From: an uncultured Bdellovibrionales bacterium | GTDB taxonomy: Bacteria > Patescibacteriota > Minisyncoccia > Moranbacterales > DUUL01 | Assembly: GCA_964556685.1 (NCBI GenBank) | Contig: CAZKWX010000003.1 | Location: forward strand, 78-64,077 | Reading direction: 5' to 3' | Length of the DNA: 64,000 nt | Shown here: positions 45,793-56,079 of the stretch, one piece after another | Numbering within the stretch: position 1 is the stretch's first letter | Layout: each line of letters opens with the position of its first letter | Notes under the pieces: generated by a model | What the model was told of the DNA's origin: nothing | Seen by the model: only the letters and a program-made list of their open reading frames with translations | Database searches by the model: none | Program-made: the position numbers and the translations under genes

Positions 45793-48700
45793 TCATTCTC
45801 CCCCTCCTTGTTTTTTAAGCCATACTGTTAATTGAATGTTATCAATTTTAATATCTTTATTAAAAATGTCTTCACTTGGCTTTTTTAAATAAATCTTTTC
45901 CGCCAGAACTTCCCTGGCAATTTCCTTTTCAAACTTCTGAAAAATATCCGACCCACCTTGATACCATAGTTCAATCCGATCGTCAACTTCAAATCCAGCT
46001 TCTTTGCGAGCACTCTGAATGTGCCGCACCAACTCTCTCATCTGACCTTCCAGTTGCAACTCTTCATCGATGTTGATATCTAGACCAACTTTCAGCTCCT
46101 TTTTATCCTTTTCTTTAGCACCATTAGCACTATATGCTTTCCACTTTAGATTTTTATCTTCCTTTTTAGTCAATTCAACACTTTTCACATTGACTTCATC
46201 TTCTATTAATCCAAGAAGCTCTTTTGTCAATTGACAATTGACAATTGACAATTTATCTAATGGTTGTCTCACTTTGATTCCGTTATCAGCTCTAAGCGAC
46301 AGTCCCAATTCAATAATTTTTCTGGTCATTTCCATGTTCTGGCTTAATTCTTCATCGATTAACTCGTCATTACTCTCTGAAAAATCAACCAGGTGAACTG
46401 ATTCATCCCCTGTCAAATTTCGATATATCTCATCAGCCACAAAAGGACAGAAGGGCGCTAACACTTTTGAAAACTCAGCCAGCACTGTCCAAAGTGTTTG
46501 ATAGGCATCTTCTTTGTCGCTATCATTTTCGCTCTTCCAAAATCTTCGACGTGATCGACGAATATACCAGTTGGAAAGATTGTTGATGAATCTATCGATT
46601 GGTTTAGTGGCAGTAACAATATCATATTTTTGCATATTTTCATCAACTGACTTGATCAGCTTGTGAAGTTCAGATAAAATCCACCGATCAAGTAAGTTTT
46701 CTCGATAGTGCACTTCATGAACATCCAGTTTTTCAGCTGACCACTTGTCCACTGATGCATAGAGAGTGAAAAATGAGTAGCTGTTCCAAAGAGTTCCCAG
46801 CACTCTTCTTTGAATGTCTTTGATGGTTGCTTCAGAAAAGCTCACATCTTGTCCATTGAGCAAGGGAGAAGAAAGCATATAGAATCTCAGCGCATCGGCC
46901 GAGTAGTTTTCCAGGATTTCATCTGGATCAGTGAAATTACCAAATGATTTTGACATTTTTCTTCCGTCTTCCCCGGCAATATTTCCTGTAACAATAACGT
47001 TTTTGAAGCTTTCTTTGTCAAAGACTCCCGTGGCCATCACATGAAGCACATAAAACCAAGCTCGCACTTGACCAACATATTCAGCAATGAAATCGGTGGG
47101 GAAGCTTTTTTCAAATTTTTCTTTATTTTCAAAAGGATAATGAAATTGAGCATAGGGCATGGAACCAGATTCCACCCAGCAATCTAAAACCTGAGGAATT
47201 CGCTTCATTGTTCCACCACATTTTTCGCAAGGAAAAGTCACTTCGTCAATATAGGGTCGATGGTAGTCATCTAGTTCAGCACCTGATAGTTTTTTCAACT
47301 CCTCATACGAGCCCACAACTTTTATATTCCCGCAACCATCACTATTGCTTGCACCATTTTTACCAGATTCCGGTTTCTGATTTACGGATTCCGAATGACA
47401 CTTCCAAACAGGCATAGCTGTTCCCCAATAACGATCTCGCGAAATGTTCCAATCAGGCGCCCCTTCAATTCCTTTTTTGAAACGACCTTCTTTAAAATGA
47501 GTTGGATGCCAGAATATTTTTTCGTTGTTTTTGATAAGTTTTTTTCTGATCTTGTCTATTGCCAAAAACCAAGCCGGTTGAGCTTTGTAGATCAGTTTGG
47601 CATGGCAGCGATGACAGTGGGGATATTTGTGAGTAAATTTTTCTTTTTTAAAAAGTATTCCTTCTTTCTCTAGCCACTCAACAATTTTGTCATTAGCTTC
47701 CCAGACTTTTTCTCCCTGCCACTTCCCTTCAGTCAATCTGCCTTCTTCATCAACAATTAGAGCTAGTGGTAAACCATTCTTTTTTCTAGCTTCAAAATCT
47801 TCTTCACCAAAGGCCGGCGCCGTGGAAACAATTCCTGTTCCATCTTCGCTGGTGACATAATCCTCACTAATCAGGACATAGGCTTTTTGTTCATCATCAG
47901 CAACTTCGCTTTGATGATAGACTGGTTTATAGTGAAGACCAATTAGATCAGTCCCCTTGAATTCCTGAATTATTTCATATTGATCTTCTTGCCCCAAAAC
48001 ATCTAAACGCTCTTTGGCTAAAACATATACTTCTTTTGATTCTAGGTGTTTGACCATTGTATAGGTCATTTTCTCGTTGATGGCCAAAGCAACATTGGCC
48101 AGGATCGTCCAGGGCACAGTTGTCCAAACAAGAAAGTAGGTTTTCTCGTCTTTGGCAAAACTGGCTTGAGATTCTTCGTCAGGGCTGGAGTCTAGTTCCA
48201 TTTTAACAAAAACTGCTGTGTCAGTGTCCTCTTCATAACTATTGTCCATGGCAATTTCAAAATTGGCTAAAGGCGTGGAGCAGCGTGGACAATAGAGCGA
48301 AATACGCACATCTTCATAGATCAGATCTTTTTCATAGAGCTCTTTGAAAGCCCACCAAACTGATTCCATGTAGGTTTTGTCCATGGTTTTATAGGCTCCT
48401 TTGAATTCCACCCAGCGGCCAATCCTATCCACTATTTTCTCCCAGTCGGAAGCGATTTTTGAAGTCATGGCAAAGCAAGTTTGGTTGAATTTCTCGATAC
48501 CCACCACTTTTTCAATTTCTTTTTTTGATTTGATTCCCAATTTTTTTTCCACCATGTTTTCAGCTGGCAGACCATGACAATCCCAACCCCAGCGTCTTTC
48601 CACCCGATAGCCTTTCATTGTCCAATAGCGCGGCATACAGTCTTTCACAATCGAAGAAAGCAAGGTGCCATGATGAGGCACGCCAGTAATAAACGGCGGT

Positions 48701-48837
48701 CCGTCATAGAAGCTATACATTTTGTCTTTGCTCCTTTGTTCGACAGATTTCTCAAAAGTTTGGTTTTCCTTCCAGAATTTAACCAAATCTTTTTCCATCT
48801 CGGAATATTTTCTTTTGGGATCTACTTTTTTGAACAT
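45793..48837 (-). CDS. ileS: Isoleucyl-tRNA synthetase
   Basis: 1014 aa; class I HIGH-like GVPHHGT and KMSKS (KMSKSFGN); zinc-binding Cys cluster; contains coding 7-bp microsatellite at 46226-46254. Confidence 0.95.
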   Translation of the reverse strand: MFKKVDPKRKYSEMEKDLVKFWKENQTFEKSVEQRSKDKMYSFYDGPPFITGVPHHGTLLSSIVKDCMPRYWTMKGYRVERRWGWDCHGLPAENMVEKKLGIKSKKEIEKVVGIEKFNQTCFAMTSKIASDWEKIVDRIGRWVEFKGAYKTMDKTYMESVWWAFKELYEKDLIYEDVRISLYCPRCSTPLANFEIAMDNSYEEDTDTAVFVKMELDSSPDEESQASFAKDEKTYFLVWTTVPWTILANVALAINEKMTYTMVKHLESKEVYVLAKERLDVLGQEDQYEIIQEFKGTDLIGLHYKPVYHQSEVADDEQKAYVLISEDYVTSEDGTGIVSTAPAFGEEDFEARKKNGLPLALIVDEEGRLTEGKWQGEKVWEANDKIVEWLEKEGILFKKEKFTHKYPHCHRCHAKLIYKAQPAWFLAIDKIRKKLIKNNEKIFWHPTHFKEGRFKKGIEGAPDWNISRDRYWGTAMPVWKCHSESVNQKPESGKNGASNSDGCGNIKVVGSYEELKKLSGAELDDYHRPYIDEVTFPCEKCGGTMKRIPQVLDCWVESGSMPYAQFHYPFENKEKFEKSFPTDFIAEYVGQVRAWFYVLHVMATGVFDKESFKNVIVTGNIAGEDGRKMSKSFGNFTDPDEILENYSADALRFYMLSSPLLNGQDVSFSEATIKDIQRRVLGTLWNSYSFFTLYASVDKWSAEKLDVHEVHYRENLLDRWILSELHKLIKSVDENMQKYDIVTATKPIDRFINNLSNWYIRRSRRRFWKSENDSDKEDAYQTLWTVLAEFSKVLAPFCPFVADEIYRNLTGDESVHLVDFSESNDELIDEELSQNMEMTRKIIELGLSLRADNGIKVRQPLDKLSIVNCQLTKELLGLIEDEVNVKSVELTKKEDKNLKWKAYSANGAKEKDKKELKVGLDINIDEELQLEGQMRELVRHIQSARKEAGFEVDDRIELWYQGGSDIFQKFEKEIAREVLAEKIYLKKPSEDIFNKDIKIDNIQLTVWLKKQGGGE

Positions 48838-48959
48838 TGTTTCGCGAGTATTAAGTATTTAGTATTATGTATTAAGTATATATTGTTTTACGTTTCTGTT
48901 CCATAATCTCTGTATAACAGTTTTTGTACATCTGTATATCTGTACTGATCTGTAATCAG

Positions 48960-49260
48960 TATAAAAAATCGCCCCAATATCTAAGGACGACTCATGGCCG
49001 TGGTACCACCTTGGTTTAGCTAGTAGTTAGTAGTTGGTAGTTTGTAGAAAAGGTATCCTAAAAACTATCAACTAAAAACTAAAAACTCTTGCTTACAGCT
49101 ATTACGGGCTTACCCGACGAGTTCTATTCTCCCGAGTACTCGAGATTTCTTCTCGCAGCTCCGAAGTGATTGCTCCATCATTGCTTTTGTAATTGTACTT
49201 CTTAATAATTAAATATTTTTCGTGATTTGTAAAGTCTTCTTGGCGTTGCTAAGAGATAAC
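48960..49260 (-). promoter_or_regulatory. T-box leader (tRNA-sensing riboswitch) with intrinsic terminator ahead of ileS
   Basis: Minus-strand AACCAAGGUGGUACCACGG (T-box consensus AAnnnGGGUGGnACCGCG) at 48998-49016, followed by terminator UCGUCC..GGGGCGA + U6 (48964-48990), upstream of the ileS ATG. Confidence 0.7.
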
Positions 49261-49351
49261 ATAAGTGTTAGAATCAGACTGTACTATTGTACTAAATAGT
49301 GAATCTTAACTCACCTGTCTTTCGGCTAGTTTAAAATTATTAATCAACGAA

Positions 49352-49711
49352 ATGTTAGACCAACAAACACAAGATGAACTGAAACAAAAACTTCTAGCTG
49401 AGAAGAAGAATCTTGAAGAAGAGTTAGCCAAGATAGCTAGAAAAGAAGAAAATGGTGATTATGAAGCCAAGCACACTGATATTGGACGAGATGAAGAGTC
49501 CAATGCTGATGAAGTGGAAGAATACACTTCGAATTTGGGAATTACTGAAACTTTAGAAAATAAATTAAAAGAAGTTGATGATGCTCTCAATCGGATGGAA
49601 AAGGGTAATTATGGAAAATGCGAAAACTGCCCCGGAGAGGAAATCCCCGTGGAACGACTTCGAGCCTATCCAGCCGCTAAGACTTGCATCAAATGTAAAA
49701 GTGGAAATTGA
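49352..49711 (+). CDS. DksA/TraR-family C4 zinc-finger protein
   Basis: 119 aa; coiled-coil N-terminus then CENCPGEEIPVERLRAYPAAKTCIKCK; stop TGA. Confidence 0.7.
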   Translation: MLDQQTQDELKQKLLAEKKNLEEELAKIARKEENGDYEAKHTDIGRDEESNADEVEEYTSNLGITETLENKLKEVDDALNRMEKGNYGKCENCPGEEIPVERLRAYPAAKTCIKCKSGN

Positions 49712-49731
49712 TCTAATCAGAAAACTTTGTT

Positions 49732-50148
49732 GTGAAAAAAATATTATTGTTTGTCTCTATTATATTTATTGATCAATTGACGAAGTACTTCGCAATTCAA
49801 AGCCTCCTGCCTGAGCTTGGAGGTTTTTTGAAACAGACGACTGTTTGCAATCAGTTTCTGGCTTGGGGAATCCCCTTGGGAAAAGTTTGGTTGGTCACTT
49901 TGTGGCTAGCCATCATGGGAATTTTCATTTGGCTAGCTGCCAAGACCAAATGGAACATTTTTTTAGTGATGGTTTTGGCTGGAGCTTTTTCTAATTTCAT
50001 TGATCGAGCTCGCTTTAGCTGCGTGGTTGACTTTATTCAAGTCGGAAATTTTCCCACTTTCAATGTGGCCGATGTTTTTATCACAATCGGAATTGTCTTG
50101 TTTGTCGTTCAAGTCCTAAGAAAAAAAGAGGATAAAATTAAAACCTGA
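49732..50148 (+). CDS. lspA: Lipoprotein signal peptidase (signal peptidase II)
   Basis: 138 aa; four TM; IDQLTKY and NFPTFNVADVFITIG motifs. Confidence 0.8.
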   Translation: MKKILLFVSIIFIDQLTKYFAIQSLLPELGGFLKQTTVCNQFLAWGIPLGKVWLVTLWLAIMGIFIWLAAKTKWNIFLVMVLAGAFSNFIDRARFSCVVDFIQVGNFPTFNVADVFITIGIVLFVVQVLRKKEDKIKT

Positions 50149-50189
50149 ATTATTCTTAATTCGCAATTCATAATTCATAATCCTATTCC

Positions 50190-51719
50190 GTGGCTTCCAA
50201 AGTTTATTCTGCCTGTTTCTACGGCATGGATGGAAAAATTATCGAAGTTGAAGTTGACACTTCTCCTGGTCAACCAGTTTTTAATATTGTTGGGTTGCCC
50301 GACATGGCCGTCAAAGAAGCCAAGGATCGCGTTTCCAGTGCTATCAAGAATTCTGAATTGCGTCCTCCTCAGTTTTTTGGTCGCATTACTGTTAATTTGG
50401 CACCAGCTGATCTTAAAAAAGAGGGTCCTTCATTTGATTTGCCGATTGCTTTGGGAATCTTGCTGGTTTCAAACCAGATCGAAGAATTGCCTGAAAAATC
50501 CGTCTTTTTAGGTGAATTAGCTTTAGATGGGAGGCTTCGAAAAACCAAAGGGGCTCTGCCAGTAGCCATCACTCTCAAGGAAAAAGGCTTTGAAAAAGTT
50601 TTTGTGCCAAGCATAGTAGCCGATGAGGCTAATCTTGTTGAAGAAATTAAGGTCTATCCAGCTGATAACTTATCCGAGTTAGTCGATCATTTATCAGGAG
50701 AGGAAAAAATATCACCACTCGTGAAAAAGAACGATGTTTTTGATGATCTTAAAGCCCTTCAGTACTCTCATGATTTCTGTTTCATCAAAGGACAACATCA
50801 CGTCAAACGAGCTTTGGAAATTGCCGTTGCTGGAGGTCATAATATTTTGCTTTCAGGACCTCCCGGATCGGGGAAGACTATGTTGGCCAAATCTCTACCT
50901 TCCATTATGCCACCGCTCACCATTGATGAAGCTTTTGAAGTGACAAAATTGTATTCGATTTCGGGTCTAACCAACTCTGAAAATCCATTCGTCAAAGAGC
51001 GACCTTTTCGTCATCCTCATCATAGCGCCTCAGCGGTTTCTTTGGTGGGAGGAGGAACTTTCCCCAAGCCAGGAGAGATCTCTTTGGCTGATCGAGGAGT
51101 GTTGTTTCTTGACGAATTCCCTGAATTCACCCGAGAAGTGATTGAAAATCTGCGCCAACCTTTGGAAGACGGCCAGGTTTCAATTTCCCGCGCTCAAGGC
51201 AGCGTCACTTTCCCTGCTAGATTTATCCTTGTGGCTGCCATGAACCCTTGCCCTTGCGGCAATTCCACTGATCCGCAAAAAGCTTGCACTTGCACTCCCA
51301 GTCAAGTGTCCCGCTACAAGCGAAAACTTTCCGGACCGATCATGGATCGAATCGATCTTCACATTGAAGTTCCCCGACTCAAGTTTGAAAAGCTTTCCTC
51401 TGAGGGACTGGGTGAGAAGAGTTTTGACATTCGGAAAAGAGTCGTGGGCACCAGAGATATTCAATCGAAAAGGTTTAAAAACATGAAGATTTTCACCAAT
51501 TCTGAAATGGACAGCAAGCTACTTCGAAAACATTGTGCCATTGGTGAAACTGAAAAAGAGCTCTTGCGCAATGCCATCAAGCAAATGAATCTTTCCCCCC
51601 GAGGTTATTATCGACTTTTGAAAGTGGCCCGCACCATTGCTGATTTGAATGGTGAAGAAAACATAAAATCGTCCCATCTAGCCGAGGCGATCCAATACCG
51701 ATTCAGGGAAGAGATGTAA
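50190..51719 (+). CDS. comM: YifB/ComM-family Mg-chelatase-like AAA+ ATPase
   Basis: 509 aa; Lon-like N domain, Walker A GPPGSGKT, Mg_chelatase core and C-terminal domain. Confidence 0.85.
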   Translation: MASKVYSACFYGMDGKIIEVEVDTSPGQPVFNIVGLPDMAVKEAKDRVSSAIKNSELRPPQFFGRITVNLAPADLKKEGPSFDLPIALGILLVSNQIEELPEKSVFLGELALDGRLRKTKGALPVAITLKEKGFEKVFVPSIVADEANLVEEIKVYPADNLSELVDHLSGEEKISPLVKKNDVFDDLKALQYSHDFCFIKGQHHVKRALEIAVAGGHNILLSGPPGSGKTMLAKSLPSIMPPLTIDEAFEVTKLYSISGLTNSENPFVKERPFRHPHHSASAVSLVGGGTFPKPGEISLADRGVLFLDEFPEFTREVIENLRQPLEDGQVSISRAQGSVTFPARFILVAAMNPCPCGNSTDPQKACTCTPSQVSRYKRKLSGPIMDRIDLHIEVPRLKFEKLSSEGLGEKSFDIRKRVVGTRDIQSKRFKNMKIFTNSEMDSKLLRKHCAIGETEKELLRNAIKQMNLSPRGYYRLLKVARTIADLNGEENIKSSHLAEAIQYRFREEM

Positions 51720-51859
51720 AGATAAATTTTCAATACTTCAATAAAAAATTTACAAAGAAGCGCTTTCGCCTAAGCGAGAGCGCTCCATTCTAAAAGCCTA
51801 ATCGGATTCTCCGTCGGGCTTTTGTATTTATTAAGGGAATTTTTACTCACTCTCCCTCA

Positions 51860-52291
51860 TTAATGAAAAGGAGAAATTTCAAAAAATCTAGCTTCTGGAT
51901 GTTTTTCCCAAAGCTCCTCCAGCGCTTGTTGCATGCCACCATCAGTGGGTTTTTTTTCGATTTTACTGCAACCACAACGAAGAGATTCTCTTCTTCTTCC
52001 AACGTTTGTATCTTCTATGACGAATGCTATCCAGGCAGAATCCATTTCATCAAAGTTTGCTCGAATAGAGCCAGCAAGATTAATAATACGTCTTTTGCCA
52101 TATTTTTCCTCGAGCCACCTATTGAGAAGAATATGGACTTTTTTTTCGTCTGTCGGATCTTCAGCTAATAAAATTTCTTCGCCACTCGGGGTGCAAATTA
52201 TTATCTCCTCTTTTTGATAGTTAAGGCTTGCAGTAATTGTCTCAGAATTAACTTTATATTCCCCCAGTTCGACTACCTTATTTTCAGTCAT
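51860..52291 (-). CDS. Hypothetical protein
   Basis: 143 aa ORF with CGC cysteine pair; no assignable family. Confidence 0.4.
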   Translation of the reverse strand: MTENKVVELGEYKVNSETITASLNYQKEEIIICTPSGEEILLAEDPTDEKKVHILLNRWLEEKYGKRRIINLAGSIRANFDEMDSAWIAFVIEDTNVGRRRESLRCGCSKIEKKPTDGGMQQALEELWEKHPEARFFEISPFH

Positions 52292-52407
52292 TGGAATTCT
52301 CCTTTTCTGTCCAACAATTTATATCCAAAATTACGCATTATATATTCTTTCAATGAACTATGGATAATAATCCTAGCTTATTTACAATATAATTTCAACC
52401 AGAAAAG

Positions 52408-52434
52408 AAGCGCTCCGGTTCTACCGGAGCGCTT
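52408..52434 (-). terminator. Perfect hairpin AAGCGCTCCGG-TTCTA-CCGGAGCGCTT (terminator of the LysM-CHAP gene)
   Basis: 11-bp perfect stem immediately downstream of 52465 on the minus strand, followed by a T-rich run. Confidence 0.55.
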
Positions 52435-52464
52435 TATTGAATATTGATAATTGAGTATTGGTTA

Positions 52465-53502
52465 TTAATAAATATATCCCTTAATTACCCGGCTTTTAGC
52501 TGAAATGGTCCTGCTTGAAACCACTCCCCATCCATTATAGTTCATCTCTTTTATCGAAACATTATTACCTTTAACCCTAGTCACAATTCCTACGTGGCCA
52601 TACCAGCTTTCTGAGGTCACAATAATCGCACCAGTCTTTGGTTTCTTTCCGGTCTTAGCTCCATAGGCCCGGGCATGGTAGAGCCAAGTACCCGCGTTTC
52701 CACCCCATGGTACATATTTTTTTGAAGATACATACCAAGTACAATATCCATAGGGAAACCGGTGTCCACCTTTGGGATTTCGGTCAATAATAGATGGTCC
52801 TCGAGTGGTAGAATCAGCAATGCCACTGCTGTAGTAGTCTCTCTGTTGCAAAACACTGCCTGGAGTTGTTGGTGTTGGTTGTTCGACTCTTCCATCTGGA
52901 ATGATCAGCTCCTCACCTTCTTTCAAAGCTCCGTCAGCCGGAAGCTCATTGAAAGCAATGATCCGGTCCTTTTCCGCTTTATATTTCTTGGCAATTTTAT
53001 CAATCGTGTCACCACTGCGCACGGCGTGCTTCACACCAGTTGTTGGCAAAACGAATATTTTATCGCCAGGCATGATCATGTCTGGATCATCAATATCATT
53101 GGCCCACAAAATTGTGTTGCTAGTGACACCAAAATCCTCTGCAATTGATCCAAGCGTGTCTCCATCTTCAACTTCATAGACAGCTACGTCAGCACCACCT
53201 TCCAATAATTCCTTCGCATCCGGCGTAGTAGCAGTTAGCACCTGATATTGCATTTCATTTTGGCTAAGCAGATCTTCATTGATCATCAAAGCGGCCATGT
53301 CTTCTTCTGGAGTAGTCTCTTCAGTGGACAACTCCAAAGATGCAGAAGCCAAATGTTGCTCTTGAGTTTCGGCTTCTACTCTTTTTTGAATTTTTTCTTC
53401 ATTGCTTTCTGACTCCTTAAAAAAATCATATAAAAAACCGCTCTCATCATCTCCTGAATTAGCGTTCCCAGCAGTCACCAAAATAGTCACAAAAACTACC
53501 AC
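52465..53502 (-). CDS. LysM-LysM-CHAP peptidoglycan hydrolase
   Basis: 345 aa; two LysM repeats (DGDTLGSIAEDFGV, SGDTIDKIAKKYK) and C-terminal CHAP (YGYCTWYV...GHVGIV). Confidence 0.75.
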   Translation of the reverse strand: MVVFVTILVTAGNANSGDDESGFLYDFFKESESNEEKIQKRVEAETQEQHLASASLELSTEETTPEEDMAALMINEDLLSQNEMQYQVLTATTPDAKELLEGGADVAVYEVEDGDTLGSIAEDFGVTSNTILWANDIDDPDMIMPGDKIFVLPTTGVKHAVRSGDTIDKIAKKYKAEKDRIIAFNELPADGALKEGEELIIPDGRVEQPTPTTPGSVLQQRDYYSSGIADSTTRGPSIIDRNPKGGHRFPYGYCTWYVSSKKYVPWGGNAGTWLYHARAYGAKTGKKPKTGAIIVTSESWYGHVGIVTRVKGNNVSIKEMNYNGWGVVSSRTISAKSRVIKGYIY

Positions 53503-54005
53503 TATGATTGCTGAGTGCTTTCTAAAAAAATCCAGAAAAACTCTCGTGCGGTTGTTCTTAATAAAATCAAGAGCCCGACGCTCCTGCTTTTTGAACCAGT
53601 GTAGGAAAGCTATTAACCCTCCTTCATTTCCATCATTGTTAGCACTGGTTATTTTTCCCCCAAAGACTTCTCGATGAAGTTTTGGAAAGTATTTTTTGTA
53701 GCGTTTAATCGCCTTTTTCCTTCTTTAAGATGAATATTTATAGGGAAGTTTTGCCTATAAATAAGCTAAATTCCCATCAATTTTCACCTTTTAAAAAGCA
53801 AACATCACTAGTTTACACAGGGCCTTTTTTTTGTCAATACACCCTTCAAAAATGGCTTATTCTAGTGTAATATGAAGGCAGGAATATCGAATGACAAAGC
53901 TCAAATGACAAACCAAATTCAAATGATAATTAACCTCTTTTAAGTATTTGATAATTTGGATTTGAATTGGTATTTGGATTTTGGTATTTGTAATTTTTTA
54001 TACTT

Positions 54006-54917
54006 ATGTCAAAAATTCAGAATCTCATTACTGACTATCTCGAATATCTTGAAGTTGATCTCGGCCGATCCGAGAAGACTTTGGAAAATTATCATCGCTA
54101 TTTAAATAAATTTATTGAGTGGTCAAAGATCACCAGCTCTTCCCAAATCAATGAAAATTTGGTTCACAAATATCGGGTTCGTCTCAATCGAGTTCAAGAC
54201 AAAAGTGGCAAGAGTCTTTCTCGTCGAACTCAGAATTATCACATCATCGCTCTGCGAGGTTTTTTGAAATATCTTTCCAAAAAAGATATCAAATCTCTAG
54301 CGGCCGAAAAATTGGACTTAGCTAAAACTGAAGAACGGCAAGTTGATTTTCTCACTTTCGATGAAGTGAAAAGTCTCATTGAAGCAGCTGAAGGGACTAC
54401 TCAAATGAAGTTGCGTGATCAAGCTATTTTAAAGCTTTTTTTCTCTTCTGGTCTTCGAATTTCTGAATTAACAAGTCTCAATCGTGATCAAATCAATCTC
54501 AAAAGTGGTGAATTTTCTGTTCGTGGCAAAGGCTCAAAAGTGAGAATCGTCTTTGTTTCTGATGTGGCTCGCGATGCTATTCGCAAATATTTCGATAAGC
54601 GCACTGATGTGGACCAAGCCCTCTTTGTTCGAGTGATGAAAAATCCTGAAAAAGAATCTGACCTGCGCTTAAGTGCTCGGAGTGTCCAAAGAATGATCAA
54701 AAAATATGCTGCCAAGGCTGGCATCGTCAAAAAAGTCACTCCTCACGTTCTGCGCCACAGCTTCGCCACTGACCTGCTTCAGAACGGTGCCGACATTCGT
54801 TCCGTTCAAGCCCTCTTGGGCCACAGCTCAATCAACACCACTCAGATCTATACTCATGTGACCAACAAAGATCTCAAAGAAGTGCACCGAAAGTTTCATG
54901 GAAAGGAGAGGAGGTAA
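54006..54917 (+). CDS. xerC: Tyrosine site-specific recombinase XerC/XerD-like
   Basis: 303 aa; RHSFATDLLQNGADIRSVQALLGHSSINTTQIYTHV C-terminal catalytic block (R..HxxR..Y). Confidence 0.85.
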   Translation: MSKIQNLITDYLEYLEVDLGRSEKTLENYHRYLNKFIEWSKITSSSQINENLVHKYRVRLNRVQDKSGKSLSRRTQNYHIIALRGFLKYLSKKDIKSLAAEKLDLAKTEERQVDFLTFDEVKSLIEAAEGTTQMKLRDQAILKLFFSSGLRISELTSLNRDQINLKSGEFSVRGKGSKVRIVFVSDVARDAIRKYFDKRTDVDQALFVRVMKNPEKESDLRLSARSVQRMIKKYAAKAGIVKKVTPHVLRHSFATDLLQNGADIRSVQALLGHSSINTTQIYTHVTNKDLKEVHRKFHGKERR

Positions 54918-55156
54918 TCTGGAAATGGGAAACTGGAATCTGTACAGAAAAGGCTTCACCACGAGTACTCACAGTGAAACTTCTATAAAATAGTATAGCA
55001 ACTTAGAAAAATCCGATCGTAGTCTCCAATGCTTGCTATAATGATCATTTCAGATTAATATAATACAGTTACATTTCAGGCTCGTAGCTCCTACCTACGC
55101 TCTCGTTACTCGAGCTACGGTGGGCAGGCAGGTGGCAAACAATTTTGATAAATTAG

Positions 55157-55230
55157 GGACGATTAGCTCAGGTGGTTAGAGCGTTCGCTTGACATGCGAG
55201 AGGTCGGAGGTTCAAGTCCTCCATCGTCCA
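55157..55230 (+). tRNA. tRNA-Val (anticodon GAC)
   Basis: GGACGAT/ATCGTCC acceptor, D arm GCTCAGGTGGTTAGAGC, anticodon stem-loop TTCGC-TTGACAT-GCGAG, T arm GGAGGTTCAAGTCCTCC, discriminator A. Confidence 0.85.
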
Positions 55231-55417
55231 CAAGGAAGTCAGAGATTTTAACAATTTGTCTCCGACGTTACGTTGGAGCAACAAATCGAAATCCGCTCTT
55301 GGCGGGCAAGTCCCCTCGAGCCCACAAGATAAAAGGCGTCTCTAGCGCTTTTTTAGTTTTTTCTGTTTTACTTTCCTCTTTTTTGATGTTACATTTGGAA
55401 TACCTAAAGTAAAAAAT

Positions 55418-55930
55418 ATGCCTTTCGACAATCAAAATATTACTATAATTATAGTTGCCGTACCCACAATAATTCTTTTTGTTTGGATAATTTTGCTTCA
55501 AATTAGCCTTTCTAAGGTGAAAAAGAATCAAAAAGCTTTCTTCGAGGGAAAAGACGCTAAAAACTTGGAGCAAGTTTTGCTGGATAGCAAAAATAAAATC
55601 ACTGCTATCGAGGGAGACGTGAAAGATCTTTATGAAATCACCGGAAAAATCAATGGATTGGCCAGCCGAGGTTTGCACAAAACTGGCATGGTTCGTTTCA
55701 ACCCTTTCCGAGACATTGGTGGCGATCAAAGTTTTTCAGTAGCGCTGCTTGATGGTGAGGATAACGGAGTGGTGATCTCATCGCTCTATTCTCGAGACGG
55801 TGTGAGGGTTTATGCCAAGTCGCTACTGAAGGGTCAGTCTCATAAATATCCCCTGACTGAGGAAGAAAAACATGCCATTGGCATTGCCACTGCAGAGAAA
55901 GACAATGCTGGAGCAAAGAAGAAAGTATAA
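55418..55930 (+). CDS. Membrane-anchored protein, DUF4446-like
   Basis: 170 aa; N-terminal TM; RFNPFRDIGGDQSFSVALLDGEDNGVVISSLYSRDGVRVYAK. Confidence 0.5.
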   Translation: MPFDNQNITIIIVAVPTIILFVWIILLQISLSKVKKNQKAFFEGKDAKNLEQVLLDSKNKITAIEGDVKDLYEITGKINGLASRGLHKTGMVRFNPFRDIGGDQSFSVALLDGEDNGVVISSLYSRDGVRVYAKSLLKGQSHKYPLTEEEKHAIGIATAEKDNAGAKKKV

Positions 55931-56079
55931 ATCCAAATTACAAATTAAAAATGACAAATCAATGTCTAAATATCAAATACATTAAATGATTTGAATTGGC
56001 ATTTGATATTTGACATTTGCCATTTCGAAGCTTATCTGATAGACTTAACTGTTTGACGAAAAGTATCTAAAACCTAACT

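Noticed and set aside
54006-54917. XerC/D-like recombinase as the integrase of a mobile element
   Set aside because: Housekeeping-type Xer sequence, lacking a tRNA-adjacent position or phage-integrase N-terminal SAM-like domain features that I could see; it is 19 kb from the tRNA hotspot
55194-55412. 72-aa ORF overlapping tRNA-Val
   Set aside because: Starts inside the tRNA gene; no coding signal
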